From positions 62,001-126,000 of the forward strand of contig NIVC01001680.1 in the NCBI GenBank assembly GCA_002269645.1: a stretch of DNA of 64,000 nucleotides, in the 5' to 3' direction. The notes under the pieces were generated by a model, which ran no database searches, had not been told where the DNA came from, and saw only the letters and a program-made list of their open reading frames with translations. Numbering within the stretch: position 1 is the stretch's first letter; each line of letters opens with the position of its first letter. Both the position numbers and the translations under genes were made by a program. Shown here in pieces: positions 11,633-23,424 of the stretch. Source of the stretch: Macrostomum lignano. Its lineage: Eukaryota.

Positions 11633-12514
11633 ACACCTGGGATTCATGACACCTGGGATTCATGACACCTGGGATTCATGACACCTGGGATTCATGACAC
11701 CTGGGATTCATGACACCTGGGATTCATGACACCTGGGATTCATGACACCTGGGATTCATGACACCTGGGATTCATGACACCTGGGATTCATGACACCTGG
11801 GATTCATGACACCTGGGATTCATGACACCTGGGATTCATGACACCTGGGATTCATGACACCTGGGATTCATGACACCTGGGATTCATGACACCTGGGATT
11901 CATGACACCTGGGATTCATGACACCTGGGATTCATGACACCTGGGATTCATGACACCTGGGATTCATGACACCTGGGATTCATGACACCTGGGATTCATG
12001 ACACCTGGGATTCATGACACCTGGGATTCATGACACCTGGGATTCATGACACCTGGGATTCATGACACCTGGGATTCATGACACCTGGGATTCATGACAC
12101 CTGGGATTCATGACACCTGGGATTCATGACACCTGGGATTCATGACACCTGGGATTCATGACACCTGGGATTCATGACACCTGGGATTCATGACACCTGG
12201 GATTCATGACACCTGGGATTCATGACACCTGGGATTCATGACACCTGGGATTCATGACACCTGGGATTCATGACACCTGGGATTCATGACACCTGGGATT
12301 CATGACACCTGGGATTCATGACACCTGGGATTCATGACACCTGGGATTCATGACACCTGGGATTCATGACACCTGGGATTCATGACACCTGGGATTCATG
12401 ACACCTGGGATTCATGACACCTGGGATTCATGACACCTGGGATTCATGACACCTGGGATTCATGACACCTGGGATTCATGACACCTGGGATTCATGACAC
12501 CTGGGATTCATGAC
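11633..12514. repeat. 16-bp tandem array (ACACCTGGGATTCATG)n, ~55 apparently identical copies
   Basis: Direct reading; no variant unit seen. Confidence 0.97.
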
Positions 12515-13524
12515 TCAGAGCAGTAAATTGGCTTGCGTTGCCAAGTCCCAACAGAGCGCATGGGGGCATAGCGCGACTTCAGCGCGCTATGCTGCATGCC
12601 CTCACAAGCCCGTGGATTTCTGACGGAATCAATCGATATTTGCGACCCCCCTCCCCCCACCTCCTGCTCTGCGCCTCATTGCTGTCATTGCTTTGTGAAG
12701 AGAAAAAGTGGGCGTTTTCGTGTGCACGGCATTGAGAGGGAAGCATTTTTAAAGAATGAAATGGAAAAGAGAGATAAAGTAGGGTTGAGGCTAAGGTGGC
12801 TGATTGGGAGGCCTGTGTTAGTCGGTCTCATCCCTCCCTTTAGTCTGCGTGTTCCCCCGTTTCTCGCGAACAAGAGGCTGGAGAGGAAAATGACGGAACA
12901 GAGGAGGCATGGCAGGGACGGAACTGTGGCAATGCATTGTCTGCTCAATTTTCCCTCTAATGTGCAACTTCTATTGTGAGGCAGTCTCCCAATCCAACTA
13001 CAAGCGCTCTGGCTGATGCAGCCGCCTTCAAATCAGTCAAGCAGTTCCACCCTGCCGCTGCAGTCGCATCCGCAGCATCAGCAACTGAAAGCAGCCAAAA
13101 CGGAAGCAGAAAAATAGGGGCGCTGGGACCTCGCTGGGCTAATCCGAACAAAATCAGTGAGGAATAAAAAAGGAAGAGACAGGGAATGAGAGACAGCCAG
13201 GGGCACTGAAGGGCGCCAAGAACTGTGCAATTGACGCAAGTCTTCGGTGAATGCCTTCAGCGCCGAGTGCAAAGTGGCTCCCCAGTTTGTATCAGCTGCA
13301 TGCATGTGGAATTCCCATACATCACGGAGACGGCCGCTATTATAAAGACCGGTGTCGTCAGACACTTGACAACTCACTGCCTGACACGCCGGCTCTCCGT
13401 CTGTCTTCACTTTCGTATAGAAGCCCCCTGCTCTGCTCCACACGGCCTCTAACAGTTGCTACGCGCTCTAGGCCGGGGCTCAGCATCGGCACCGTCCCCA
13501 TTGTTTAATTTCTCCAGCTCAGTG

Positions 13525-13815
13525 GCGCGGGGAAATGAGGGGTACCCAACAGGGAAATAGGGGAGTATTGGTGCGGTGAAATGAGGGGTACTGGGACAGG
13601 GAAATAGTGGAGTATTGGTGCGGTGAAATGAGGGGTACTGGGACAGGGAAATAGTGGAGTATTGGTGCGGTGAAATGAGGGAGATTGGGACAGTAAAATA
13701 GGGGGGTATTGGCGCGGTGAAATGAGGGGTATTGGGACAGGGAAATGAGGGAGATTGGCGCGGGGAAATGAGGGAGATTGGCGCGGGGAAATGAGGGAGA
13801 TTGGCGCGGGGAAAT
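13525..13815. repeat. G-rich composite minisatellite (ggaaatgagggg…)
   Basis: Repeated gcgcggggaaatgagggagatt and ggtgaaatgaggggtactgggacag units. Confidence 0.8.
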
Positions 13816-13959
13816 GACGAATATTCTGTCGAAAGAAGCCGGACGATGGGGGAATATTGAAGCAGGCAGGGAGACACAGGGAGAAGCGGAAGGCGTAAAG
13901 TCTGCCCAGCATCCCATTGTTGTACTCTGCACCCCCCTTTCTCGGCTCTGGAGATATGT

Positions 13960-14330
13960 CTCTGGAGAGGGGAGAATGGAGAGGGGAGAAAGTAGAGAGA
14001 AGAGAGATGGGGAGCGGAGAGCAGAGAGATAAGTAAGAGGAGAGAGAAGAGAAGAGAGAGGAGAGAGAATTGAGAAGAGTTTAGAGAGTTTAGAGAAAAG
14101 AGAGAAATGTGAAGATATAAGAGAGCAGAGATAAAAAAAGAGAAATGAGAGATGAGAGCAAAGACGAGAGAGAAGAGAGGTGGGGAGGAGACGAAAGAAT
14201 AGGCGAGAGAGGAGAGAGGAAAGAAGAGATGACAGGAGAGACAAAAGACGAGAGAGAAGAAAGGAAACAGAATCGAAGATAGAAGTTTCAAAGGATCCGA
14301 GGGACGTAGAGAGAGGCAGAGGCAGAGGTC
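13960..14330. repeat. AG-rich low-complexity tract
   Basis: Nearly pure purine (GA)n-like sequence. It explains the Leu/Ser-rich antisense ORFs. Confidence 0.85.
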
Positions 14331-15859
14331 AGAGTTTTCCAATACATGTTCGATGTTTTAGATCGACATTTGTCTAATATTCTGCGCAGCAAACCCAGCC
14401 AACGAGATCAATGCTTGCCTCAAATCTTAATTTTACATGAATTTACTCCATTTTATGTTCGTCTTCATCCTAACTATTAAAAGTTTTTGTTTGAGTATGA
14501 CTTCAAATTTTAGAATCCGTGCAAAAATAATTCCAGGGATTGGAATTCCGGGGTTCAAAATCCGCAGGTTTTAACAGCTAACAAGTGCTTTTATAAAAAC
14601 TGTTTCTAAAATTAAAACTGTAAAAAAGAAAATAGGTTTTTCAAACAACTTTTTTTGGAAAATCCAAAGTGAAAAAACTGTAAGTGGGGGGCCACAGGGG
14701 GCCGTGGCCTAACGGGGGGCTCAGGCCCCCCTGCCCCCCCTCTTGGACGCGCCACTGCTCTGATGAGAATTGCCTGCAACACCAGCAAATTCGCTACACC
14801 GAGATTGCATGCAGCTTGTTCCTGGGGAAGAAAGTTGCCAGACATTGCCTCCCAGCACTGCCTGACCGGATTGTCGAGATCATGTCGTATCTCTTGTTTT
14901 TCTTGTATTTCATTTAAGGGGCACTATACCATGTAGATAGTTGCTGACTGTTGCACTCTATCAGCTGTTTCCAGATGTTTCAACAACAGACGGATCAACT
15001 TGTCCGGAAATTTCCCAATGACGTTCGCACCTGCACCTGCACTCGTTGCTATCGAAGTGCTCGTGATAACCCTTCTCTTTTCTCAGTCGCTTTACAAGTA
15101 AAAAATGCTCTGAGCGAACAAACGTATCAAGCCTTAATTCTGTTGTCAGTCAGTGTGAGGCCTGTTCTCTCTAGATTTTTTTCGTCCCATGCGTTTTAAT
15201 TTTAATGAAAAAGTTCTCCAAATGAGTTCTTTTAAATGCTGGAGGCAAACGTTTTAAGGCGGTTGAAAGTGTGATCAATTTCACATTTTAACACCTTGGT
15301 TACTACAGCGGGCAGTGAAGTTCGTCTATAAACTGTTGTGTACCGCTGTATGCTGTGTTCCTATCAACTCTTGATACGCGTAGTTCTAACACCTGTTCAA
15401 TTCTTTGTTTCGCTCATTTTTACTTTTTGATAATTAATGATTTTGATTCACGAACCCAGCCTGTGCCTGTTTGCCTCTTCTCAGTTTGCAAAAATTTATA
15501 AAACATTTTGTTTCCTCATTTGCTTTCTCATCTTTTATCTTCACAGATTAGCGCTGAAAATTATCCTGAAAACTTTCTCTTTGTAACTTTCTAGCAATCT
15601 GCGCTTGCTTCCGTTGGGGAGGCAACAAAAAAGAAATGAAAATAGTTGAATATAGTTTAAATAAACTACATTTATTGTAACTTAGTAAACTCAACATAGG
15701 TAATTTCTTAGATAAATGATTTATTAATCAGAAAAGCATCAGCCTTAAAAACCAGAGACTTAGCCTGAGATATCGGATCCTCTATGAGCTTTGGCTCAAA
15801 GCATCCGAGCAACCCCTCCCTCATGAGCCAAGCATTTAAGCAGTTTTCCCCATGAGCCT

Positions 15860-16235
15860 TGGAGCGTTGACATCTCAGAAATTCCCCCCGTCAGCTCTGA
15901 CATCTCAGAAATTCCCCCCGTCAGCCTTGACATCTCAGCGATTCCCCCCGTCAGCTCTGACATCTCAGAAATTCCCCCGTCAGCTCTGACATCTCAGAAA
16001 TCCCCCCGTCAGCTCTGACATCTCAGAAATTCCCCCCGTCAGCCTTGACATCTCAACAAGGCCCTCGTCAGCCTTGACATCTCAGAAATTCCCCCCGTCA
16101 GCTCTGACATCTCAAAAATCCCCCCGTCAGCCTTGACATCTCAACAATGCCCCCGTCAGCTCTGACATCTCAGAAATTCCCCCCGTCAGCCTTGACATCT
16201 CAACAATGCCCCCGTCAGCCTTGACATCTCACCAA
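15860..16235. repeat. ~29-30-bp minisatellite (gacatctcagaaattccccccgtcagctct)
   Basis: About a dozen units. It is an expanded version of the degenerate repeats at 4020-4140. Confidence 0.85.
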
Positions 16236-16490
16236 TTCTTCCCGTGTCCTGGTTTGCCTAATGAAAGCGCAGGTCCCGCTGGCTAAATCCGATACAAAGG
16301 GCTCGTTTTATACACTTTATGCAGCTTCCCTCAAATTGGTTTAAATTCAACTCCTATCTCTGTACGCTCGTAGTTGTAAATTTCAGCGCTTGAGTTGGGA
16401 CTAGAAGGACAGGCAAGCTTCATTGTTTGGGCTCTCTGTCGACAGTGACACTGCATGGCTACAGAAAGCGCAGAGACAGATGGTCTCAGT

Positions 16491-18064
16491 CACGGACCCC
16501 TGAATAGTAGAAGGTCTGGACAAGAAACAGAAAAGGAAAATTTTAAATTAGCGTACGACATACGGCCAAGGCCAAAGCGAATGAGTGCCTTTTGGTCTTT
16601 ATGTGGGTGGGGTGGGGGAAGAGACGAAGTACAGGTTCATTTTAGTGCGCTTCGGAACCAAGTCTTAGTTAAAAAGCAAGCAAGGGAAGCAAGTGCATAT
16701 AATACAAGGCTTATAGGGATTTCAGTGTACAGATTGGGCTTCGTGTCACTCGACCCCAGCATGCCCGTTCATATCCCACTCTCATTCCTTTCTTTTTTTC
16801 TGTTCGTGAATGTACTCTCATTCTTTCTGTGCCCTCTTATACGAGCATAAAGGAGAAAATGATAGGAATATATCACCGACAAAGAAGTAACAGACAGACT
16901 TCTTGGTCTGTGGTCTGTGGAATTGTTCTCCTGCAATCTGCAAATCCTGCAATCACAATCTAATTCAATTTTTTAATTGTACCTCATCAGTCGTCCGTAT
17001 TACTAAAAGAGCATGTGTTACAACTGTGTTTTGCATTTGGCTGCACAAGTGGCTGAAAAAATCATCCACCGAGACAAAGGTGATATTTCATTATTTTCCG
17101 AATAATGAAGCTCTTAAACTTAAAGCTTTATGGATGAAAGCCAAGCCAAGACTTTGTTCCTTCCAAGCACCCGAGAATGTGCTCCCTGCACTGCACTTGT
17201 GCAAGTGACTTCATCGAGGAACATCCCGACAACAATTTTCGCAGATTGAAGAACTTCACCACGAAGGAGCTGATGAAAGGGTACTTAAAGAAGGATGCAG
17301 TGCCCACTATCTTTGCTAACGCACTGTATACTATCTGTCCTCAAAGCCAGCCGCTGTTCGACACTCCGCTTACATTCGATTGCTACTGCCTCCGGTCGGC
17401 TAGAGAAGGAAGTTTAACGCTTGGAAGCCTTGGGAGAGGCGTTTGAAGATGAAGTTAATATCAGCTCTCCTCTGAGCCTGGAGGAAGTGAAAGGTCGACT
17501 GGCTGAGAAGAGGATAAAGCCTGAAGAATTTCAGCTTGTCATCATGAACGAAATTTTAATAACCTATTTCTTAGCGTAAACGTGCCTGTCAGCGCTCTTT
17601 CGGCGCCATAGGCACTCATTTTGGCGCCGTAGGCACTCATTTTGGCGCCGCAGACACTCGCCGAGAAGAGGAGAGAAGGGAGAAGAAAGATAGAGAAAGG
17701 AGAAAGATTACAGAAAGGAAATCTGAGAAAAGACACAAATCGGATTGCTTTTGTGCTATTGTGAAGTTTCAAAGGACCCGAGGGCCGGATAGCGAGGCTT
17801 CGCAGGCCAAAGTTTGCCGACCCCTGCATGCTTTACCATCACACCTTGCTAAATACTTTTTCTGCTCTACAGAATAAATCTCTCATCTCTGGCATAAATT
17901 ATGCCCATTTTCCATGGATTTTCCAGAAGGCACCGTGGGGTTTTAAGCTTTAGCTCTTGAAAATTTTCTTTGAAATTAACCTTAGAGTAAAAATCTTGGG
18001 CCGCATCTCGTACACCCCAAATATCTGTTTCTTGTCCAGACCTTCTACTATTCAGGGGTCCGTG
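16491..18064 (+). mobile_element. Non-autonomous P-superfamily (Galileo/1360-like) DNA transposon with decayed THAP domain
   Basis: Perfect 41-bp TIRs CACGGACCCCTGAATAGTAGAAGGTCTGGACAAGAAACAGA at 16491-16531 and 18024-18064. 7-bp TSD TCTCAGT at 16484-16490 and 18065-18071. The paralogous empty site at 3782-3788 has a single copy. Confidence 0.85.
17013..17314 (+). pseudogene. Frameshifted THAP zinc-finger domain
   Basis: C-x4-C start recoverable as CVAFGCTSG with a frameshift, then FHYFP, an invariant W (ALWMK), CSLH, and terminal LKKDAVPTIF. These are the canonical THAP motifs, spread over several frames. Confidence 0.8.
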
Positions 18065-18145
18065 TCTCAGTGCTGCCCTGCCTGTAACTTTCTGCCAAGC
18101 CTGCAGGCAGCAGGCGAGAATGAGGAGATGAGGGTTGAAGGTTGA

Positions 18146-18726
18146 GGGGATGAGGGGTGAGGGGATGAAGGGTGAGGGGATGAAGGGTGAGGGGATGAGG
18201 GGTGAGGGGATAAGGGGTGAGGGGATGAAGGGTGAGGGGATGAAGGGTGAGGGGATGAAGGGTGAGGGGATGAAGGGTGAGGGGATGACGGGTGAGGGGA
18301 TGAGGGGTGAGGGGATGAAGGATGAGGGGATGACGGGTGAGGGGATGAAGGGTGAGGGGATGAAGGGTGAGGGGATAAGGGGTGAGGGGATGAAGGGTGA
18401 GGGGATAAGGGGTGAGGGGATGACGGGTGAGGGGATGAAGGGTGAGGGGATAAGGGGTGAGGGGATGAGGGGTGAGGGGATGAAGGGTGAGGGGATGAAG
18501 GGTGAGGGGATGACGGGTGAGGGGATGAAGGGTGAGGGGATGAAGGGTGAGGGGATAAGGGGTGAGGGGATGAAGGGTGAGGGGATAAGGGGTGAGGGGA
18601 TGACGGGTGAGGGGATGAAGGGTGAGGGGATAAGGGGTGAGGGGATGAGGGGTGAGGGGATGAAGGGTGAGGGGATGAAGGGTGAGGGGATGACGGGTGA
18701 GGGGATGAGGGGTGAGGGGATGAGGG
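18146..18726. repeat. 15-bp G-rich tandem array (GAGGGGATGAAGGGT)n, ~39 units
   Basis: Direct reading. Each unit has one G4 run and one G3 run. Confidence 0.95.
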
Positions 18727-20269
18727 GTCTGGAGCCCGTTGTATTGAGGAAGCCATGGTAACGCTGGGAAGAGCAATACCACTGCATCTATTGTTATGCT
18801 GAGAGATGTAGAGTCCCAATGGCCTGTGCACAGCAGCTGCAGCAGACTGTATGCTGCCAAGCCTCACCTTTCCGCTCCCTTTCTGAGCTGTGCACAATGA
18901 TCTCATGCATAATGAACGATAATCAGAGAATCTGCCCCAACAGCAGAGCTCATTGCGGGGTGAGGTTGGAGGTTCGCTTCCTATATCTGAGTCTGAAAAG
19001 TATTTGGCAAATAGATAGCATTACTACTATGTAGCGATTGTGTAACAGTTATCACGCAGGTATTCGAGTAGGCCAAGGACTACTTAAAACAGTCGAATAT
19101 AAGAGATATTAAATTTATTCGTCCTTGATGTCTGATTCATGTAGGCATCAGGCGTGTATGAATTTTAGACATTTTTTCTTTAATGGTGCACATAACGTTT
19201 GCAGGCAGGATTCTTTATAAACAGACTATACTGCCATTTGTTCATGCCGTTTTCCCAGCGTCCAAGGAACTCTGGAGATGCTGGAACAGGAGATGCTGGA
19301 ACAGGAGATGCTGGAGCATTTGTCTGCTGATTGAGTCTCAGGTCTTGCCAAGCGTTCCAAAGCTACTAACTCTACTTAGAGTAGGTAAACGAACTCTCTA
19401 CTTCTCAACTCGTTCTCACATTTACCTAATTCTCTAAACGGGGAATCAAAAATATGCATTTGTTGTATTTGCAGTGCCTTGTAATTAAGCATCAGAAATG
19501 CTTGCCTAAACGATAGTAGCAGTTAATTCACTTTAAACCACAGATACTATATAACTAGATAGGTCACTCAGTTAATTTACTCTCACACTACTCTTAGGAC
19601 CAGCCATCAGTAGCGAAAAATAGCCAAAATAGGAAATCAATTTTAGAAAAATAACTCAGCTCAGGTCTGCGGGCCGAAGAGAGAGGAAAGGAGAAGGAAT
19701 AGAAGAGAGGAGAGAGAGGAGATGAGAAAAGATATGAGATTGAGAGATTATCTATGAGATAGATAGAGGCTTCCTGGGTCGGAGTTTACCAACACAGCTG
19801 ATTTGCACACAGCAGATGCGCGAGTTTCAGAACGGCTTCTCTTAGATGTGGCATGACTTCTGTTTGCAGCAAGATCATCTCTGTTTTCTTTTAAAACTGA
19901 GTAAAAAAAACTCATGATTCGCAAAGCATGAGCTGTTCTCCGAAAACGCAACTAATGCTCCTAACTGAAGACCCCATCGTTTGCCTCATCTTCTGAAGAA
20001 TGTGAGGAACCAAGCGAGCTGCTCTGTCAGAGTTTGACTCATGCCAGCTCTGACAGCTCAGCGATCGTCTGCATGCATGTTGTTGACTGACTGAGACTCT
20101 CGGTAAAAGTGCGAATGTTCTTCAAGCGGCCTTTTGCAACAGCTCGGCTATCCAGCTGAAATTCGACTTGAGTGTTCGACAGAGTATACGACCGAGTTCT
20201 CCAGTTCTCTGTGAATCTTGGTAAGTTTATTCAATATTCAATGTCAGTTGTGTCAGCAAATGTGTCAGT

Positions 20270-21470
20270 TAAATGAGAAAACCCTGGCGGACGCCTACGC
20301 CAGACGGCAGCAAGCCGCTGTTGACGATGCCATTCGAAGCGGCATATCGTCGCGGTCCCAAAAAGCCAGGCACGACACGGAAAGAGGAGAACGGGGGGAT
20401 TTCGCTCATGTCCTGCGCCGCGAAGCTGTTCAGCCGGCGTGCTGCTAGCTCGGTTTCAGCCTGTGCTGGACCAGTTTCTGCGCCCTGAGCCCACATCGCG
20501 GTACAGTGACGCAGATCCTAGCCCTCCGCCGCATCATCGAGGAGGCGCGCATCCACCAGTCAAGTCTCGTGGTGATCTTCATTGACTTCCTCAAGGCTTT
20601 CGACTCGTTGGATCGCGGCGCGCTGTCTCTCGTGCTTCGCGCATACAATGTACCGGAGCAACTGATTTCCGCCATCATGGCGATGTACCAGGATACGACC
20701 GCTTCGGTGATGACGCCAGATGGACTGTCGGACCAATTTAGCACGTCGTCAGGCGTGCTGCAATGTGACACTCTGGCGCCTTTACTGTTTGTTCTGGCAC
20801 TGGATTGGGTGCTGAGGACCGGCCTGTCCAACACGGATGACGGCTTCCTGTTGAGAAGACGCACGAGTCGGCGACACCAGGAAAAGCGGCTCTCCGTTCT
20901 CGGCTATGCGGACGACCTCGCGCTGCTTTCATCGTCGGCTGAAGGCGCTCAGCGGCTGCTAGATGGCCTGACGGCAGCAGCATCGCGATTCGGCCGCATG
21001 CTGAAAGCGCGGAAGACGGTAGTCTTCACGGTTCCCTCCGACCTGCCTGCCGAGATCTACTACCGAGACGCTGCCGGGGAGGCAATCATGCTTACCCGTT
21101 GCCAGCGGTTCCTGTACCTCGTTGGCCTCGTGCCGGACGTTGCCGACGGCCTATTGTGACGACGAGGACCGGCCTGGGCCGCGTCTCATTCTGTGCGCTC
21201 CGTGCTCTATTCTGAGGCCTTGGATGACGGGCTCAAGGCTCGGCTGTTTCAGGCAGACGTTGAGACTGTCTTGTTGTACAACGCCGAGACCTGGACCCTG
21301 ACGGACGCTTTGGAGAGGCAGCTGGACGCTGCGCATGCGGCCATGCTGTGTGCGGCGTTCGGAGTGCGCAGCGGTCCAGGCAGCGAGACCAGTGCCGCGC
21401 TCTGCACAAGGGCACGCCTGATGCGGCCTTTTGACCTGCTGCGCGGTCGGCAACTTCGACTTTGCGGCGA
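20270..21470 (+). mobile_element. 5'-truncated, degenerate non-LTR retrotransposon (RTE-like) reverse transcriptase
   Basis: GISLMSCAAKLF, QILALRRIIE, FIDFLKAFDSLDR, GVLQCDTLAPLLFVL, YADDLALL, and thumb region VETVLLYNAETWTL. Contains frameshifts and stops. Confidence 0.9.
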
Positions 21471-22223
21471 CAAGCCGGGTGATTGCGCAAAAATTGGCCT
21501 TTCTGCTCGACCATGAGATGCTAGTCAAGGCCAAGGGTCTACGAAAATTTGACCGCGTCCTGTTTCACCTCCGAAATTATTTGACCGCCCCAATTTCGCC
21601 GTGGCAATTTCACTTTTTTCAGAAGGTTTTGACGAAATCGCAGCATTTTCTAGCTCGCATTTGTTGATTTTCAATCAATATCGCTGATACAATGAATAAA
21701 GTCACAGCCTTGATAATTCATATCCACATAATTGTATTCATACACTGTACATTTCACATCCAATCACATCAAAGCGGATATATATTAATATGGAATCATT
21801 TTTCACACCTAAACTCAGTGACAACTTTGAGTCGGGAAAGTTTTTTCGGATAAAAAACTTGTAGAAAGTCTATATAGTATACTTAAAAATAAAATAGTAG
21901 TCTTAAATACGAGCCGTATTACAAATCTTAAATGGAAGCACTGTGATGCTCGATTATCATTTATTTATTCCCTTTTCGTTTACTCATACCAGAAGACCTT
22001 CTGGTAGAACGGAAGATCTTCTTCGAAACCTTTCCGTTGAGTATAGTATAGTCAGTATGAATTTTAAACTACCTGGAAATGCCACTTCCTCAAAAAGTCG
22101 CAAGCATCATAGGAATATTTAGCATATGCACAGTTTTAAAGAATGACCACCCTCGCCGCAGAAAATAGGGTGATCAAACTGTTGGTGCCGAATAGCGCGG
22201 CAAAACTGCAGCGGCGAAATTGC

Positions 22224-22610
22224 GGTGGTCAAATTGTGGCTGTTAAATTTTAGTGGTCAAATTGTGGTGGTCAAATTGTGGTGGTCAAATTGTGGTGGTC
22301 AAATTGGGGTGGTCAAACTGTGGCGGCGAAATTTGGGTGGTCAAACTGTGGTGGTCAAATTGTGGTGGTCAAATTGTGGTGGTCAAATTGTGGCGGTCAA
22401 ACTGTGGTGGTCAAATTGTGGTGGTCAAATTGTGGTGGTCAAATTGTGGCGGTCAAATTGTGGCGGTCAAGTTCTGGTGGTCGAATTGTGGTGGGCAAAT
22501 TGTGGCGGTCAAGTTCTGGTGGTCGAATTATGGTGGGCAAATTGTGGCGGTCAAATTGTGGTGGTCAAATTGTGGTGGTCAAATTGTGGCGGTCAAATTG
22601 TGGTGGTAGT
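22224..22610. repeat. 14-bp minisatellite (GGTGGTCAAATTGT)n
   Basis: Direct reading. Confidence 0.9.
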
Positions 22611-22800
22611 CGAGCGAGTCACTGGCGCAGCACTACCTGGCGACCTGTTGGGCCATGAGCGACTCCAGCTGGCAGGCCACATCATCTGCGCCGGAGTCGC
22701 ACTGCCCATAGACAGTGTAGGAGCTGCTGCTGCTGCAGGCACCCTACCAGCGAGGACATGCAGGCGCGTTTTTGGTCGGCGACGCGGCCTGTGGATAAAA
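22605..22800 (+). mobile_element. Second fragment of an RTE-like LINE (C-terminal RLQLAGH segment)
   Basis: DLLGHERLQLAGHII…ESHCP*TV*ELLLLQAPY. It overlaps in homology with 21410-21470 (DLLRGRQLRLCG), so it is probably a separate copy. Confidence 0.5.
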
Positions 22801-23424
22801 TAATGCTTGGAGAGAGCGCCCCGCAAACCCGCGATATAAAAGCTTCGATCGATTCACGCTAAGCATTAACGGCCAAACAAATCAGCGACAAAGCATGGAA
22901 AACCTCAAATCTCTCTGCGTGCTAAACCTCCCCCTCCTTCACTTTGCTTGGCCAGGAGAACTGTAGGAAGAAATGGAAAGATTCGCGTGCAGTTTGGTAC
23001 TGAAACTGCACACGCCGCCGACCTTCACTCAGTCAACCCTCACTAATGTACTTGTATTTAGAAAGCTAGCATTGGGAAAGCATGAAAATGGCAGACTGTG
23101 CACCAATCATAGTTCTACATTCTGTATCAGTACAGTCTAGTGCTCCAGACCTCTGTCCTAAACGGTTCCAGTGGAAGAAATATTAGTACACTACTACTAT
23201 ACCGTACATTCTCTTTCCCACATCATCTCGTCTGCCTCAAAAACTCTTCTCCCCAAGCCTACAGAATTCCGAGAGCTGGCCTGGCAATCCGAGGACGAAA
23301 ATTTGAGGATTAAGGGATCTCAGCGCATATAGAATCCCAGCACCAGCGTGAGCAAGAAAGCAAGAGAACAAGAGCCGTGATTTAACTGTGACTAACTCTG
23401 TTCTGCTCCATTCTAGTCAATGCT

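Larger units (their letters stand above)
14758..18990 (+). repeat. Duplicated module, copy B, carrying an expanded minisatellite, a P-like insertion and a G-rich array
   Basis: Homologous to the reverse complement of 3370-5180 on both sides of the 16491-18064 insertion. Confidence 0.7.

Noticed and set aside
12564-12590. Hairpin GCATAGCGCG-acttcag-CGCGCTATGC as a Helitron end, tRNA or terminator
   Set aside because: No following CTRR, no cloverleaf or A/B boxes, and no U-tract; isolated stem only.
13078-13508. ORFs of 75-121 aa left of the G-rich repeat
   Set aside because: No recognisable motif and no consistent splice or start context.
17867-18906. Long ORFs of 208-306 aa (IPSP, HPSSP, GEGMK repeats)
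   Set aside because: These are translations of a stop-free 15-bp tandem array; open in several frames and on both strands.
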